Source: Somniosus microcephalus (lineage: Eukaryota). Taken from it: a stretch of 64,000 bases of DNA. Under the pieces are notes generated by a model. The model had not been told where the DNA came from. It did no database searches and saw only the letters and a program-made list of their open reading frames with translations. Shown here piece by piece: positions 14,040-25,029 of this stretch. How positions within the stretch are numbered: the first letter of the stretch is position 1; each line of letters begins with the position of its first letter. The translations under genes and the position numbers were made by a program. The DNA is taken from assembly GCA_052327205.1 (NCBI GenBank), contig CM126214.1:54374001-54438000 (forward strand), in the 5' to 3' direction.

Positions 14040-14230
14040 AACCTCCTACTGGAAAATGTGCTTGTGTGGATGTCGGACATGGACAGAATGCCCCCCCCCC
14101 CCCCCCACGGTTGAATAGCCTGCCGACGCACTCTGTCTAGGCCATGCGTGAATAACGGCCACTTGGAGAAGGTATGAAAGGTTAAGCAGTGCTTGTGGAA
14201 CCAGAAAGGAAGACAAGTGACAGGGCGGGA
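14040..14230 (+). mobile_element. Fragment of an abundant dispersed SINE-like family (family X)
   Basis: Shares motifs CTGGAA..TGTGTGGATGTC, GTTGAATAGCCTG, GGCCACTTGG..AGGTA with copies at ~20310, ~24310, ~28050, ~43050, ~63110. Confidence 0.55.
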
Positions 14231-14529
14231 AATGGTGGAAGGGAGAATTTCTAAAAATAAGTGGATGTCAAGAAAAAAAACTCTCCCTCAAAATCACCAT
14301 CTTGTTCCATCCCTGAATGAGCATACCGTTGGATTCTGTACAATTCTAGCCAAGCAAAGTGGATCTGTGTAGAATTCTACAGCGTAAAAAGCCAATTTGT
14401 CACAAAACATGAGGGTTATACTCATGCTTTTACTCATATACTCATACTATTTTTATCCACACTTTTGCTCTGTTCTTCTCTCCCACATGGCAGCTGTCTT
14501 TCATTCTGCCAGCGCAATTTACACTTCAT

Positions 14530-14853
14530 CTAGAGCCATCCTTTGTTTCTTAACCTGTCCCATTACCATCTCCTTTTGCCTTGAATATCTCTTAATGTCT
14601 CTTAATCTCTCCTGCCTTCCATCCTGTCACAGACCTTCCCTTTTGTTCTTTCATCCCCTCCCCCCTTTCCCAGCCCCTGCACTTGCTTAAAAATCTGTTC
14701 CATTTCCTGCTTTTTTCCAGTTCTGACGAAAGGTCATCGACCTGAAACGTTAACTCTGTTTCTCTTTTCACAGATGCTGCCTGACCTGTTGAGTTTCTCT
14801 AGCATTTTCTGTTTTTATTTCAGATTTCCAGCATCTGCAGTATTTTCTTTTTG
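14530..14853 (+). mobile_element. Penelope-like element terminal remnant with hammerhead motif
   Basis: Pyrimidine-rich tract, then CTGACGAAAGGTCATCGACCTGAAACGTTAAC and the tail CAGATGCTGCCTGACCTG...CCAGCATCTGCAGTATTTT. The same tail occurs at 18649, 30530 and 63795. Confidence 0.75.
14719..14755 (+). ncRNA. Minimal type I hammerhead ribozyme-like motif
   Basis: Stem I AGTT/AACT, core CTGACGA (14723-14729), stem II AGGTC-ATC-GACCT, GAAA (14744-14747), palindromic AACGTT stem III, putative GUU cleavage triplet. Confidence 0.65.
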
Positions 14854-15269
14854 CATTAGGGTTATACTGCATCTCTGCTACTCCTGTCCATCATACAATG
14901 TATAGATTGTGCTCTATAAAGTTCTTCTCAACCCGTTGTATGTCGAAAGGGTGGAATTCAGGGTTGGCTCTTGGAATGCGAGTGCGGTTTTCTGTTAGGA
15001 TGGCGAATTAGCCAAGTTTACTGGATTTTGGAGTCTGCAGACCCAGTGCCGCCACCCTGTTCTGCGCTGTTCGGTGTCAGGGCTACTTAAGTGGGCCTGC
15101 ATTCACAACTGGAGTCAATGAGTCCATTCATTAATACTTTCTGTCTTTCTGGCCCCAATGCAATTTAAGTAAAACGGATGGACAATTTGGGGGGTTTCCC
15201 TTTTCAGGCCTAACGTAAACTAGATTTGAGTTTTTCTAATTGTCTTCCCTCACCACTTTCTGCTCGCAG

Positions 15270-15455
15270 AGGACCAGCTGCCTTCCGGCTTCCCCAACAT
15301 CAACATGGGCCCCCAGCTGAAGGTGGTGGAGCGCACCCGAACGGCTACCATGCTGTGCGCGGCCAGTGGAAACCCAGATCCCGAGATCACCTGGTTCAAA
15401 GACTTCCTGCCTGTCGACCCGAGCTCCAGTACACGCATCAAACAGTTGCGGTCAG
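15270..15455 (+). CDS. PTPRS: LAR-family RPTP coding exon, Ig1-Ig2 linker and N-half of Ig2 ([62 protein letters not shown])
   Basis: Acceptor tgctcgcag|AG, donor TCAG|gtaggg, 186 nt, phase 1-1. Near-identical to vertebrate PTPRS/PTPRD/PTPRF; LPSGFPNI and VDPS are PTPRS-type. Confidence 0.96.
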
Positions 15456-16409
15456 GTAGGGGCCGGAAAAAAACCCAAAATATTACCGACAAATCCAAAA
15501 ATGATTAATCTGCTTCTTTAAAAGAAAACGTGGAACCAAAAGACCTTTGTGTAGCTGTTACTGCTGTTGATGTTTGTGACGTCCTCATAGCTTGTCATTC
15601 TGTCTGTCTGTCCTGTGCCTAGAGCTTTCTTTGATTCACGCTGCTCACTGCTGTGACTGTATCTCCAGTTCCTTTCATTATATTCTTTGAAGTGGCTCTT
15701 CCTCCCTGGGCCTACTGTAACCTCCATTTATTTATTTTTGTTCTTTTTCTTCTTGTTTTTCTTTTCTCTCTCTTTTTTTCCATTTGGGATTCCATTCTGT
15801 GACCAATGTGTCAAATTGAAAGTAATCGTTGGGATTGGGAAACTCTTATGAAGCTTTTATGCTGTCCTTGCTGGTTGTGGTATGTGTAGGTGAGGAGGCG
15901 GCAGCCATTCTAACCCAGTGGAACCATTGGCAAAGTGAACAAGTTGTATCAAGAACTTCAGTGAACATGGTACAAAAAAAACCTGACCAGTCGAATTTTT
16001 TAGCTTGTATACAAAGTCTAAAATAAAACCTATTTTAAAAAAGGAACTAACATATAAATGTTTAATCTAAACCTCACATCCTGCAGTGAGCTGCACTTAA
16101 TCCTTCACATGATTGAACTCCCCAAAAGGTTCAAGGACCTCTATTGCCATGGTTTTGAACTTTGACTTTAGCAACTGATCTATCCTTGCTATTTTGCGAA
16201 TGCATGTCGCTCATTATATTAACAACAACAAAATACTAACAATCATTTAAATAAGATGACGGTGAATTGAATTAACCTTTTTTTCTAATGTGTTTGAACC
16301 TAAGTAAAACATTTAAGTCTAAAGCTTTTTAATGTTACATAACAATGACTATGTAGCTGAATAATGTCTTCTATAATGTTTTCTTTCTTTCTGTTTCTTA
16401 ATCTTAAAG

Positions 16410-16418
16410 AATCCTTTG
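16410..16418 (+). CDS. PTPRS: Microexon meA3 (9 nt, ESF)
   Basis: Long pyrimidine tract, cttaaag|AATCCTTTG|gtaagt. In frame gives E-S-F, matching PTPRD ESI and PTPRS ETF at the expected position. Confidence 0.9.
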
Positions 16419-16486
16419 GTAAGTATTTGGCTTCGAAGCCTAATTCACAAAACCCTCTCCAGACTAATGTCACAAATAGCTTAAAA

Positions 16487-16508
16487 TGCATGCTTGCATT
16501 TTACTAAC
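16487..16508 (+). promoter_or_regulatory. Putative intronic splicing enhancers downstream of meA3 (RBFOX TGCATG; QKI-like TACTAAC)
   Basis: TGCATG 16487-16492 and TACTAAC 16502-16508. The same pair occurs upstream (16201-16206, 16234-16240). Confidence 0.5.
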
Positions 16509-16961
16509 TGTTTAAAAAAAAAACCCCGCTGGTCCTACCCAACCGACCTACACAAGACTGTTGTTGTTTTAAACCCCATCAGACAACCCTGTCCATAACC
16601 TAGCAACAGATTTTACCCAGAATCCCTTAGAAATTCTTCATGCTCCACCCTCTTGAACTATACCCGTTTTCTGCATCCATTGTAGTCTTTTGGAGTTCCA
16701 CATCTAACCCATACAGATACCTCTCCTTAATGCGGTCATGTCTTGGCTTAGGATCAACCATGCTCAATTTTAACAACCTCTATAAATTGTTATACTCACC
16801 CTGGGACCATTTCAGTTATTTAAGTTGCCATTAATACAGGGTATTACATTGTTTTCCTAAAGTAAGCAAGCTCCCTCAGTGACTGGCAGATAAATACATT
16901 CGGAGCCATACAGAGCAAGATGGGCCCAGGTTTGATCCCAGTCTGAGAAATGACCTAACCT

Positions 16962-17010
16962 CAGTTGGGACCCTACAGTTGGGGTCCTACAGTTGGGGTC
17001 CTACAGTTGG
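16962..17010. repeat. 14-bp tandem repeat CCTACAGTTGGGGT, ~3.5 copies
   Basis: Direct reading; lies inside a family X copy. Confidence 0.8.
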
Positions 17011-18648
17011 CCTTAGGGAACAAGCAGCCGGAGTTCCCACTCTTGATTGTGGTCCAGTGACTCCCGTTGGAAAGTGGAACACTGGGCAGCCAGGCACCAG
17101 GACAGATTCAATCATACGAAAAGCTGATTGAACAATATTCTCTCCTCCCTCCCCATCTGTCCATTGTGTGACCAGGTTTAGCTGTGGTTCCCCACATAAC
17201 AGGATAACCTGATGAAACTCAAGCCTGGGCTTTGCGATAGGCATTATTTTAAACGGGTTACCGCCAGTGTTAAAATGATGTTAATCGGAGACTTTGAGCC
17301 TCAGTGTTGAGGCTCAGATATGAGGAATGGCCTCTTGGGTAAGGTATCAGAGGGAGGCCTGAGCCGATGTAATCAAGCCCAACCTTCAGCAGAGGAGGGG
17401 ACTAAATTGAAGGGAAGGGTGATGGAGTTCTGAGTAGATAAAAGTGGATGAAAGGGCCCTAAAAATAAGTTCCTTCCCTATTATAAGTTCACACAATAGC
17501 TACAAAGATGCTAACTGAATGATTTCTGAGAGTTAGGAGCTTCTCGAGGCTGCACTGCCCAAACCTTGCAAGCTGCTTCTCGATACTTCTATAAACTACT
17601 TATATATACTTTACAGCCAATAAAGTACTTTTGAAGTGCAGCCACTGTTGTAATATGTTGTAATCTAGTGAGTCGAGATTATACCAGGTACTCATCAGTA
17701 AGAACTCCGCACTCTATAATTCTCACTAATCACTGATCAGCCAGAGGGATAAGCATTTATATTAAGTGAAATCTATCTATCAATATTTTTAATATTTATA
17801 ATATATTAAAAATCAGTACGTGGGTCATGCGTTCTATTGAAAAATCCTATGTCAACATTCCTATGAAGATTCTTGTGTTCAGAAGTCCACAGTAGTGGTG
17901 ATGCTTCCCTGTAACGCCAGTAGGAGATGCTCTAATAGGATTTCCAATGTTAATCTGGTCACTGAACTGCGACGGGCCCTGTAACAAATGACTGGAAATG
18001 CTTTGAGTCTCCAGCGTGCAGTCGCAGCCCTCCCACCACTAGTGGCTCTGTAGCGCGGTGTCACCCAGCCCCACCCACCATTTTTGATTTTATTCTTTCC
18101 AGCAGGTAAGTTTTATTTTTAATTTAATCTATTCATAAATTTAATTTTAGGTCTGTATATCTTCTTTAAAATTAAACATCCTGGGGACCTGCATCATTCC
18201 TACCTGGCCCGCTCCCCTCGGCTGCCCCTGACTCCTCACCTGGCTCCATGGCCTCCCTCGCTGCCCAGACTGCACCTTAAAAGCCTGTTCTTGACCTGCA
18301 CCACTGAGAGAGGGTGGGTTTCCGCATTACTTGAATACATTTGGAGTTTTAATTAACAGGGCCATCCCCAATAATGTGAGGAAAGGATCCCCTTTAAGGA
18401 ATTCCGACCCCTCCCGCATCAAAAGCCACTTCCCTGTGAAGGCCAGGAACTGGCGGTTGAAGCACAAGCAGGTTGCATTCACCAGCAGGGTTTCATTTAT
18501 TTTTAACACAGGTTTCCTGCTCGTAAACTGAACAATTCCCTTTGAGGGCTCACCTGCTGAGGAAGCCCCTGTTTGAAATGCAAAGGTTTAAATAACACGG
18601 CCTTCCTCAAATCTCCAGATAGGTGGGGAATCTATTTTTCCTCCAATA

Positions 18649-18780
18649 CAAAAGCAAAATACTGCGGATGCTGAAAATCTGAAATAAAAACAGAAAATGC
18701 TGGAAATACTCAGCAGGTCAGGCAGCATCTGTAGAGAGAGAAACAGAGTTAACATTTCAGGTCGATGACCTTTCGTCAGA
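18649..18780 (-). mobile_element. Penelope-like tail with hammerhead core, inverted relative to the 14722-14853 copy
   Basis: Reverse complement TCTGACGAAAGGTCATCGACCTGAAATGTTAACTCTG...; about 12 mismatches in 132 nt versus 14722-14853 by manual alignment. Confidence 0.8.
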
Positions 18781-18856
18781 CCTTTCTGCACAACCGATCA
18801 GACATTTTCCTATTCTCCTCTTCCTACCCTTCAGCCTTTCCTTTCCTACCACCCTG

Positions 18857-19397
18857 AGTGCCCACCGCTCACCCTGTTGGCCTCCCTCCTATTGCCCTGT
18901 GCCCACTCCTCACCCATTCAATCTCCCTGTTATTGCCCTGTGCCCACGCCTCACCCTGTTGGCCTCCCTCCTATTGCCCTGTGCCCACTCCTCACCCATT
19001 CAATCTCCCTCCTATTGCCCTGTGCTCACTCCTCACCCATTCAATCTCCCTCCTATTGCCCTGTGCCCACTCCTCACCCATTCAATCTCCCTCCTATTGC
19101 CCTGTGCCCACTCCTCACCCATTCAATCTCCCTCCTATTGCCCTGTGCCCACTCCTCACCCATTCAATCTCCCTCCTATTGCCCTGTGCTCACTCCTCAC
19201 CCATTCAATCTCCCTCCTATTGCCCTGTGCCCACTCCTCACCCATTCAATCTCCCTCCTATTGCCCTGTGCCCACTCCTCACCCATTCAATCTCCCTCCT
19301 ATTGCCCTGTGCCCACTCCTCACCCATTCAATCTCCCTCCTATTTCCCTGTGCCCACTCCTCACCCATTCAATCTCCCTCCTATTGCCCTGTGCCCA
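18857..19397. repeat. 41-bp minisatellite, ~13 copies (CCCTGTGCCCACTCCTCACCCATTCAATCTCCCTCCTATTG)
   Basis: Unit starts at 19141 and 19182. The unit has no + strand stop codon, which explains three overlapping repetitive ORFs. Confidence 0.97.
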
Positions 19398-20146
19398 CAC
19401 TCACTTTTCCTTCTCCCTCCTAGCACCTCCCACCATGTAAACTCTGTGCCCATTCAGGAGAACATTTTATGGGGGAGGTGGCGGGAAGTTTTTGTGCAAT
19501 CTCAGAACTGAGGGTGACGGAAATGCTCAGCTGCCCTTCACGAAGTAGGACGGGTTGATCCTGCAGTCAGAGACTTGGCAGGCAGGTATTTCCATTCAGG
19601 ACCTGCTTGTTGCATTGGATGTGAAACTCCTTCCAGTATCTAAAGCTTCTGTTAGATCATAAACCGTGGAACACTCTTAAAGGTATATTCTGACTGCCCT
19701 TTCCTCCCCACCCCTCCCTCCCCTTTAATTAATCTTAGCTTTCAGCACCCACACCATCACATATAGGTGCTCTCCTAATAGCTAACAACCTGCTTTATTA
19801 ACTGTAACTGTTACCTAATAACCCTAACAGATTAACACCCCACTCCCTTTAGATTAACTCCCTTTAGAAACTCAACACAGTTTCAGGCTGCAGTTTGGCA
19901 CATTCTGGAATTGGGAGCTACCTAAATCCGACACTTTTGGAAAGGGATGGTTTCCCCTTTATCTATATATTTTATTTTATTTTATTTTGATGTTGAAGTT
20001 GGGTGTTGTTGTGTTTCTTTTCTTGAACTGGCAGGAAGTGATGTCAGTGTAGAATATAACATCCTGTATTTGACTTGCCCCAGACAGTCCTCTTCTAGCT
20101 GGTGTCCCATTGGGCTAATCTAGTGATAACATTCACCACTGCCAAG

Positions 20147-20947
20147 CAGACATTTTATAGTTAACAAGCTCTTAAGCTAACTCAAAATAGACCCAAATGC
20201 TTTAATCTAGTTCCTGGTGGGCACAAAACTGCCCTTTAGCACTAAGATGGCATTCCCACTCGGAGGAGCAATAGACGGCTGGTCTCGGAACTGGAAAGTG
20301 CCACCCTGCCTGCTCCAATGGCTGAGCAGGTTTATCCCGTGAGTAGCTGAGTCATTCAGACCAGAATGTCCTACATTCGACCACCGCGCCCCCCCCCCCC
20401 CCCGTCTGTGGTGAATTGGCTCATCTCAAGTAGATCGGTCATAGGGGCGCTACCGTGGGACTTAGATCAAGGAGGGGATTTCAATCAGGGCTCCCCTTCC
20501 TGATTGCTCTGCAGGGACCACTGCTGGAAGTGCACATGTGTGGATGTCTGGTGAGGATAGGAGCAGGATCTGTGATGATGCCCTGTGCGGTCAAATGGCC
20601 TCTTAGCACTCACTATCTAGATGCACTCAGCAGTAATGGCTATTTAGGTGAAGTACCGGAGGACAATTGGTGCCACGTCACCATACCCCAGCAAGGAGTC
20701 AACACCTTCAGAAAAGATCTGAATGGCTCCGCTACTCATGGGATAAACCTGCTGAGCCATTGGAGCAGGCAGGGTGGCACTTTCCAGTTCCGAGACCAGC
20801 CGTCTATTGCTCCTCTGAGCGACAATGCTAACTGAGTGCCATCGTAGGGGCAGTTTTGTGCCGTGGCACCATGCCCACCAAGAACTAGATTAAGGCATTT
20901 GGGTCTATTTTGAGTTAATTTAAGTGCCTGTTAACTAAAAATGTCTG
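20147..20947. repeat. Long inverted repeat, arms 20147-20360 and 20718-20947, ~357-bp spacer
   Basis: AGGAGCAATAGACGGCTGGTCTCGGAACTGGAAAGTGCC... pairs with ...GGCACTTTCCAGTTCCGAGACCAGCCGTCTATTGCTCCT; about 4 mismatches over the inner ~97 bp. Confidence 0.93.
20310..20715 (+). mobile_element. Family X SINE-like copy with tRNA-like head
   Basis: TGGCTGAGCAGG...CAGACCAG...TTCGACC head, then the family X body shared with 43050-43400 and others. Confidence 0.6.
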
Positions 20948-20989
20948 ACTAGCTAGCGAAGGAAAGGTACGTGACACATTCGTGCAATA

Positions 20990-21170
20990 AGGGGTGCTCT
21001 TCAGAGGCTGGGGGCTGAGGCACATTGTTGGGGCAGAGGAGAGGGAGCTTTACTCTGCATCCAACTGTGCTGCACCTGACCTGGGATTGCTTGGTGCAGA
21101 CACTGAGTGCCTGGAAAGGGAACTTGCTCTTTTTCCCAGTGCTGACATCCCTCACTGTGATGAGCATAGA
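20990..21170 (+). mobile_element. Ancient SINE 3' part resembling LF-SINE
   Basis: GGGCTGAGGCACATTG...GGGAGCTTTACTCTGCA...TGTGCTGCACCTG resembles the LF-SINE 3' region as I recall it; not searched. Confidence 0.4.
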
Positions 21171-22179
21171 AGTTTTTTTTTTTTAAGAGTCCCTAGATAA
21201 TTCTTTTGGCTGCGTTTTGAACAGAGAAATTTGGTACAAGCTGTCCTTGTAAAGAGAGAATATGTTCTGTTTGGAAATTAGGCCTTTAACATCCTTTAAC
21301 TCATATTAAAATGCCCTGTCATAATGTTTCAGTGAGAAATAATAGCCCTGTAGTTTAAATACTGCTATAGGGGTGAGGGGGAAGGGAGAATATAAGTAAG
21401 GAAAACTCTGCTTTTGACAATCCAGTGGCTCAAAGGTGCAGTGTGTCTTCCTCCCAAACTGTGCGTTAGAATTCTGAGTCAGCCATTAACTCATGACCTG
21501 GCTGCCGTTTTATGGGAGTAAGTTTCGGAGTTAACCTGCAAAGTGGGAGGTCCTTGTTTTTGAGCGAGGGTGCCGTGAACCCTCTCCATCCCCTTCCCCA
21601 ATATAGCCCGTCAGGTGACCACGGATCACTGTTGATCTTGGTCTTCGGAGACCCAGCGTCCTGCCATCCTGCCTGAGAAGGAAAAGGGAAGTTGTTGAAC
21701 AATGGCACGGATAAGGGGGCTGTGGGTATTTGGGATGTACCCCAGTATGTAGGCAGAGATCCATCCCCCTTCCAAAATGGCTACCGAACAATCAAATTCT
21801 GTGACCCATTGGAACTCTGTATCCAAGACACCAAGCGTTTGGATGTGCCGGATTTTAGGAATGTGGTAAAATGTTGCCTGAAATTGTGCCTCCTTGCTGG
21901 TAGCCAAAGGACCTGCCATCTGTTAAAGGAAGATTGTGCCACACTCAAAGAGGAGTCAAAAAAAAGTTGTGACTTCTGAAAATGTTTTAAATATCCAACC
22001 AGAGCAATTTCGGATTCGCCTAATGGAATAGTTTTGCATGGTATCTGATCCCGCCCATTTGGTGATGAGGGGCGACTCTGGTCCCATGGTTACATTATTT
22101 GAATGTACATTACAATGCCCCATGGAACCCGAAGTCCTGGGATTAATGTGGGAGCAGTGCCCACATTGCCTCAATCTGA

Positions 22180-22310
22180 ATCATAGAATCTTACAGCACA
22201 GAAGGCGGCCATTCAGCCCAGCATGCCTGTGCCAGCTCTTTAAAGAAGCCGTTCAATTGGTGCCACTGCCCTGCTCTTTTCACATAGCCTTGCAAATCCT
22301 GGAATTTAAC
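22180..22310 (-). mobile_element. CR1-type LINE 3' tail
   Basis: AATCATAGAATCTTACAGCACAGAAGGCGGCCATTCAGCCC; same tail at 36478 and 43880. Confidence 0.75.
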
Positions 22311-22736
22311 TCGTGTACTTTTCGACCCCTGACCTTTTCCACGTTCCTAGAGAGATTTGGGTGAGGAGTTGGGAGGTCCTCTGTCAGTGACACATACAGT
22401 GCACTGTGGGAGGACGCTCCAGGATGATTCTGGACCTTGGGTACGCACCCAATCCAGATTTATCCCAGAATGAATCTGCAGGCTCACGGTGTATTTTGTT
22501 ACGCACACAGCTGAATATTCAGTGGTATGTTTTTGGAGACTTTAAAAGCAGAACACTTGCACTGTCAATCACAGGTGCAGGAAATGGGATTGCAACGCCA
22601 CTGTCTTGCTGATTAACAGTACTACTTCCTCTGGAGTGTAGGCTCCCAGCGCAGGAGCGACGCATCTGGCAATCGAAAGTCCGCTCAAAACGGGAGCGAT
22701 TTGAGTCCTAAAGACCTTCTAAACCTGACTTGAGCT

Positions 22737-23076
22737 TAGGGTTGCCAACTCTGGTTGGACGTAGTCCTGGAGGTCTCATCACATGACCTCCTGCCTTCAA
22801 CCGCCCCGCCCCCACACTCCCGCCATTGCTCGCCCAACGCGGCCAATCTCTCGGCGCCACGCCAGTTGGGAACAAAACAAATCTTTAATACCCAATCAAA
22901 TGATTCTTGACTGTGAGTCAAACAGTTTTATCCTCCCCCTCCCATCTCAAATATTTTTAGAACTAATAAAACACTTTTTTTTATATACCCCTATGATTTT
23001 CTCCAGGGTTGCTTACAGGAGATTAATCATCAATTTCAGGAATCTCCAGGCCAATCCTGATGGGTTGGCAACCCAA
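22737..23076. mobile_element. hAT-like MITE
   Basis: TIRs TAGGGTTGCCAAC / GTTGGCAACCCAA; degenerate 8-bp flanks CTTGAGCT / CTTGAACG. Confidence 0.7.
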
Positions 23077-24309
23077 CTTGAACGCCACCAGGTTGTAAGA
23101 GCAGCCAAGAAACTGGCTTACTGGTCTCGGTAACGTGGTGACGCCCAGCCAATAGAGTTCAAACAGATCAGACCAGCGTCTAAAAATTGAGCCTCAAGAC
23201 AAACTGCGCCATGCGACCGAAATAGTCAGCTCAATGGCAGAAAGCCACAGGCCTGCCCTTATTCCTCCCACATCTTGAGTGGCGACCTCTCACTTCCAAC
23301 AGGATGCCCGGAGGGAAAATTTTCCCTGGGCTGCACTCGCTAGTGGCTAGTTTCTGAATGACATCTGTGGTAACCGGCAGACCGGATACCAATCAGCCCC
23401 TCTTATCTTCTGCGCCTCATTGTGATTTCTGTCCCATTCGCAATGGGCCCAGAAACCAAATGAAAACTGCTCTCCCTTTGATGCCATCCGCTATTCTGGA
23501 TGCAGCCCAATTTTTGCTGAGCTCCTGAAAATTCTGAGCAACTGATGAATCTATTTTTCTCAAACTTGAAGCTGCAAAACTTGGGTGGCAATGTCTGTTG
23601 TTCAATGCAGTCATGGATCAAATACAGCGGATGTTAATTCACCCATTGCTTTGGAGTTGATCCACAAACTGCTTGAAAGAATTGCTCTGAAACAGCTCAG
23701 CCAGGCTAAAAGTAAGCTCCAAAATCAGCTGCCTGTATTTGGAAAGTGAAGATTAAACTAGATGTCAGTGCATTTCAGATTTAATTGGAAAAATGTAACT
23801 AATTAAAATTACAATTAGCTGGAGCTCCTTTACTGCATTCCACCGCGCTGTCCCTACTGTTTAATTCTGATCATGAGTTCCTTCTGCTCTAACTCCAGGT
23901 GAAAATTGTGATCCCCTCCCCACCCCAATCCAACTTCTAAGTGTCCTGCTGTATAGAGGGAGAGCTGCACATCCAGTTAAATCTATCTGCCCCCCCAGTT
24001 TCTTTCCTTCCTCTCGTGAGGGCACTGAATCTTGCCAGGGTCTGGTTCAGTGCCTCGCCCAAAGCTCCGCTCATCAGGTGCGAGCCTAAACAGTGCGTAT
24101 CAGCAGACTATTTGGCTGTGGGGGGCATGGAGTCTAATCCTATCTTCACCTGACAACACCCCCCTACACACACAAACACACACAGGATCAGGGACCCTGG
24201 CTGATTTCCCCCTCTCCCCTTTCCCTTAGTGCATTGATTCTGAGAATAGTTATAATGCCACTAATCTAACACTGGGTAACTCACACAAACCACGGAGAGG
24301 GAGGAGGAC

Positions 24310-24540
24310 AATTCAGCCAGGGTTCCCAATCCTGATTACCATCCAATGACCATTAATGGAAAGTGCATGTGTGTGAATGTCAGGTGAGGACAGGTTCAGG
24401 ATCAGCTGCTATGACTCCACACGCCCCCCCCCCCCCCCCCCCCGCCGCCACCGGCTACACTTGGATGAGGTACCAGGGGGCGGTTGGTGCCCAAGAACCG
24501 AATCCCAGAATGAGTCTGAGCCTTTAGGAGAGATGGGGGA
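24310..24540 (+). mobile_element. Family X SINE-like copy
   Basis: GGAAAGTGCATGTGTGTGAATGTCAGGTGAGGACAGG...CACTTGGATGAGGTACCAG. Confidence 0.55.
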
Positions 24541-25011
24541 AATGTTTAATTAAATAGAAAGGGAGAAAAGGAATGCTGCGGCTTTAGTGTCTGATCTGAT
24601 TCCAAATTCTCGGACTGCTGTGCACTCCTTCTGGTACAAACCAGGTGAAGTATCTCACGCCAGCCAGTAGTGTCACACCTTACACCCCTGCCCAGTTACA
24701 TGAATCGCCCAGGCGACAGTTACCTTGCCATGAACGTCTCGTAGGCGACCATCCTACTGCGGTCCGAGCTTTGGAGGCCACGTTGCTATGGAAACGGGAA
24801 GCTCTGCATTCCCTTCAAATGTGGCACCTGCCCTGATAGGACAGTCTTCCTTTAACTGAAGGTCCACCAGCAGTTTAAAAAGAGTGAAGTGTTTATACGT
24901 CTGAAATCTTATCTTCTAAAATCTGCTTCTGCTGCAAAAAGCCCGCGACCTGTCTTCTTCAACTAACGGTTCTTCTTTTTAATCTTATTTGCATTCATAT
25001 TATCCTCGCAG

Positions 25012-25029
25012 GTGGTACTCCGATACGAG
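25012..25029 (+). CDS. PTPRS: Microexon meA6 (18 nt, GGTPIR)
   Basis: ACTAAC branch-point-like motif at 24962, pyrimidine tract with TGC at 24990, ctcgcag|GTGGTACTCCGATACGAG|gtaaga. Peptide matches the known meA6 GGTPIR. Confidence 0.95.

Noticed and set aside
18858-19511. Three overlapping 174-217 aa Pro/Cys-rich ORFs
   Set aside because: Artefact of a stop-free 41-bp minisatellite; each frame gives the same cyclic peptide.
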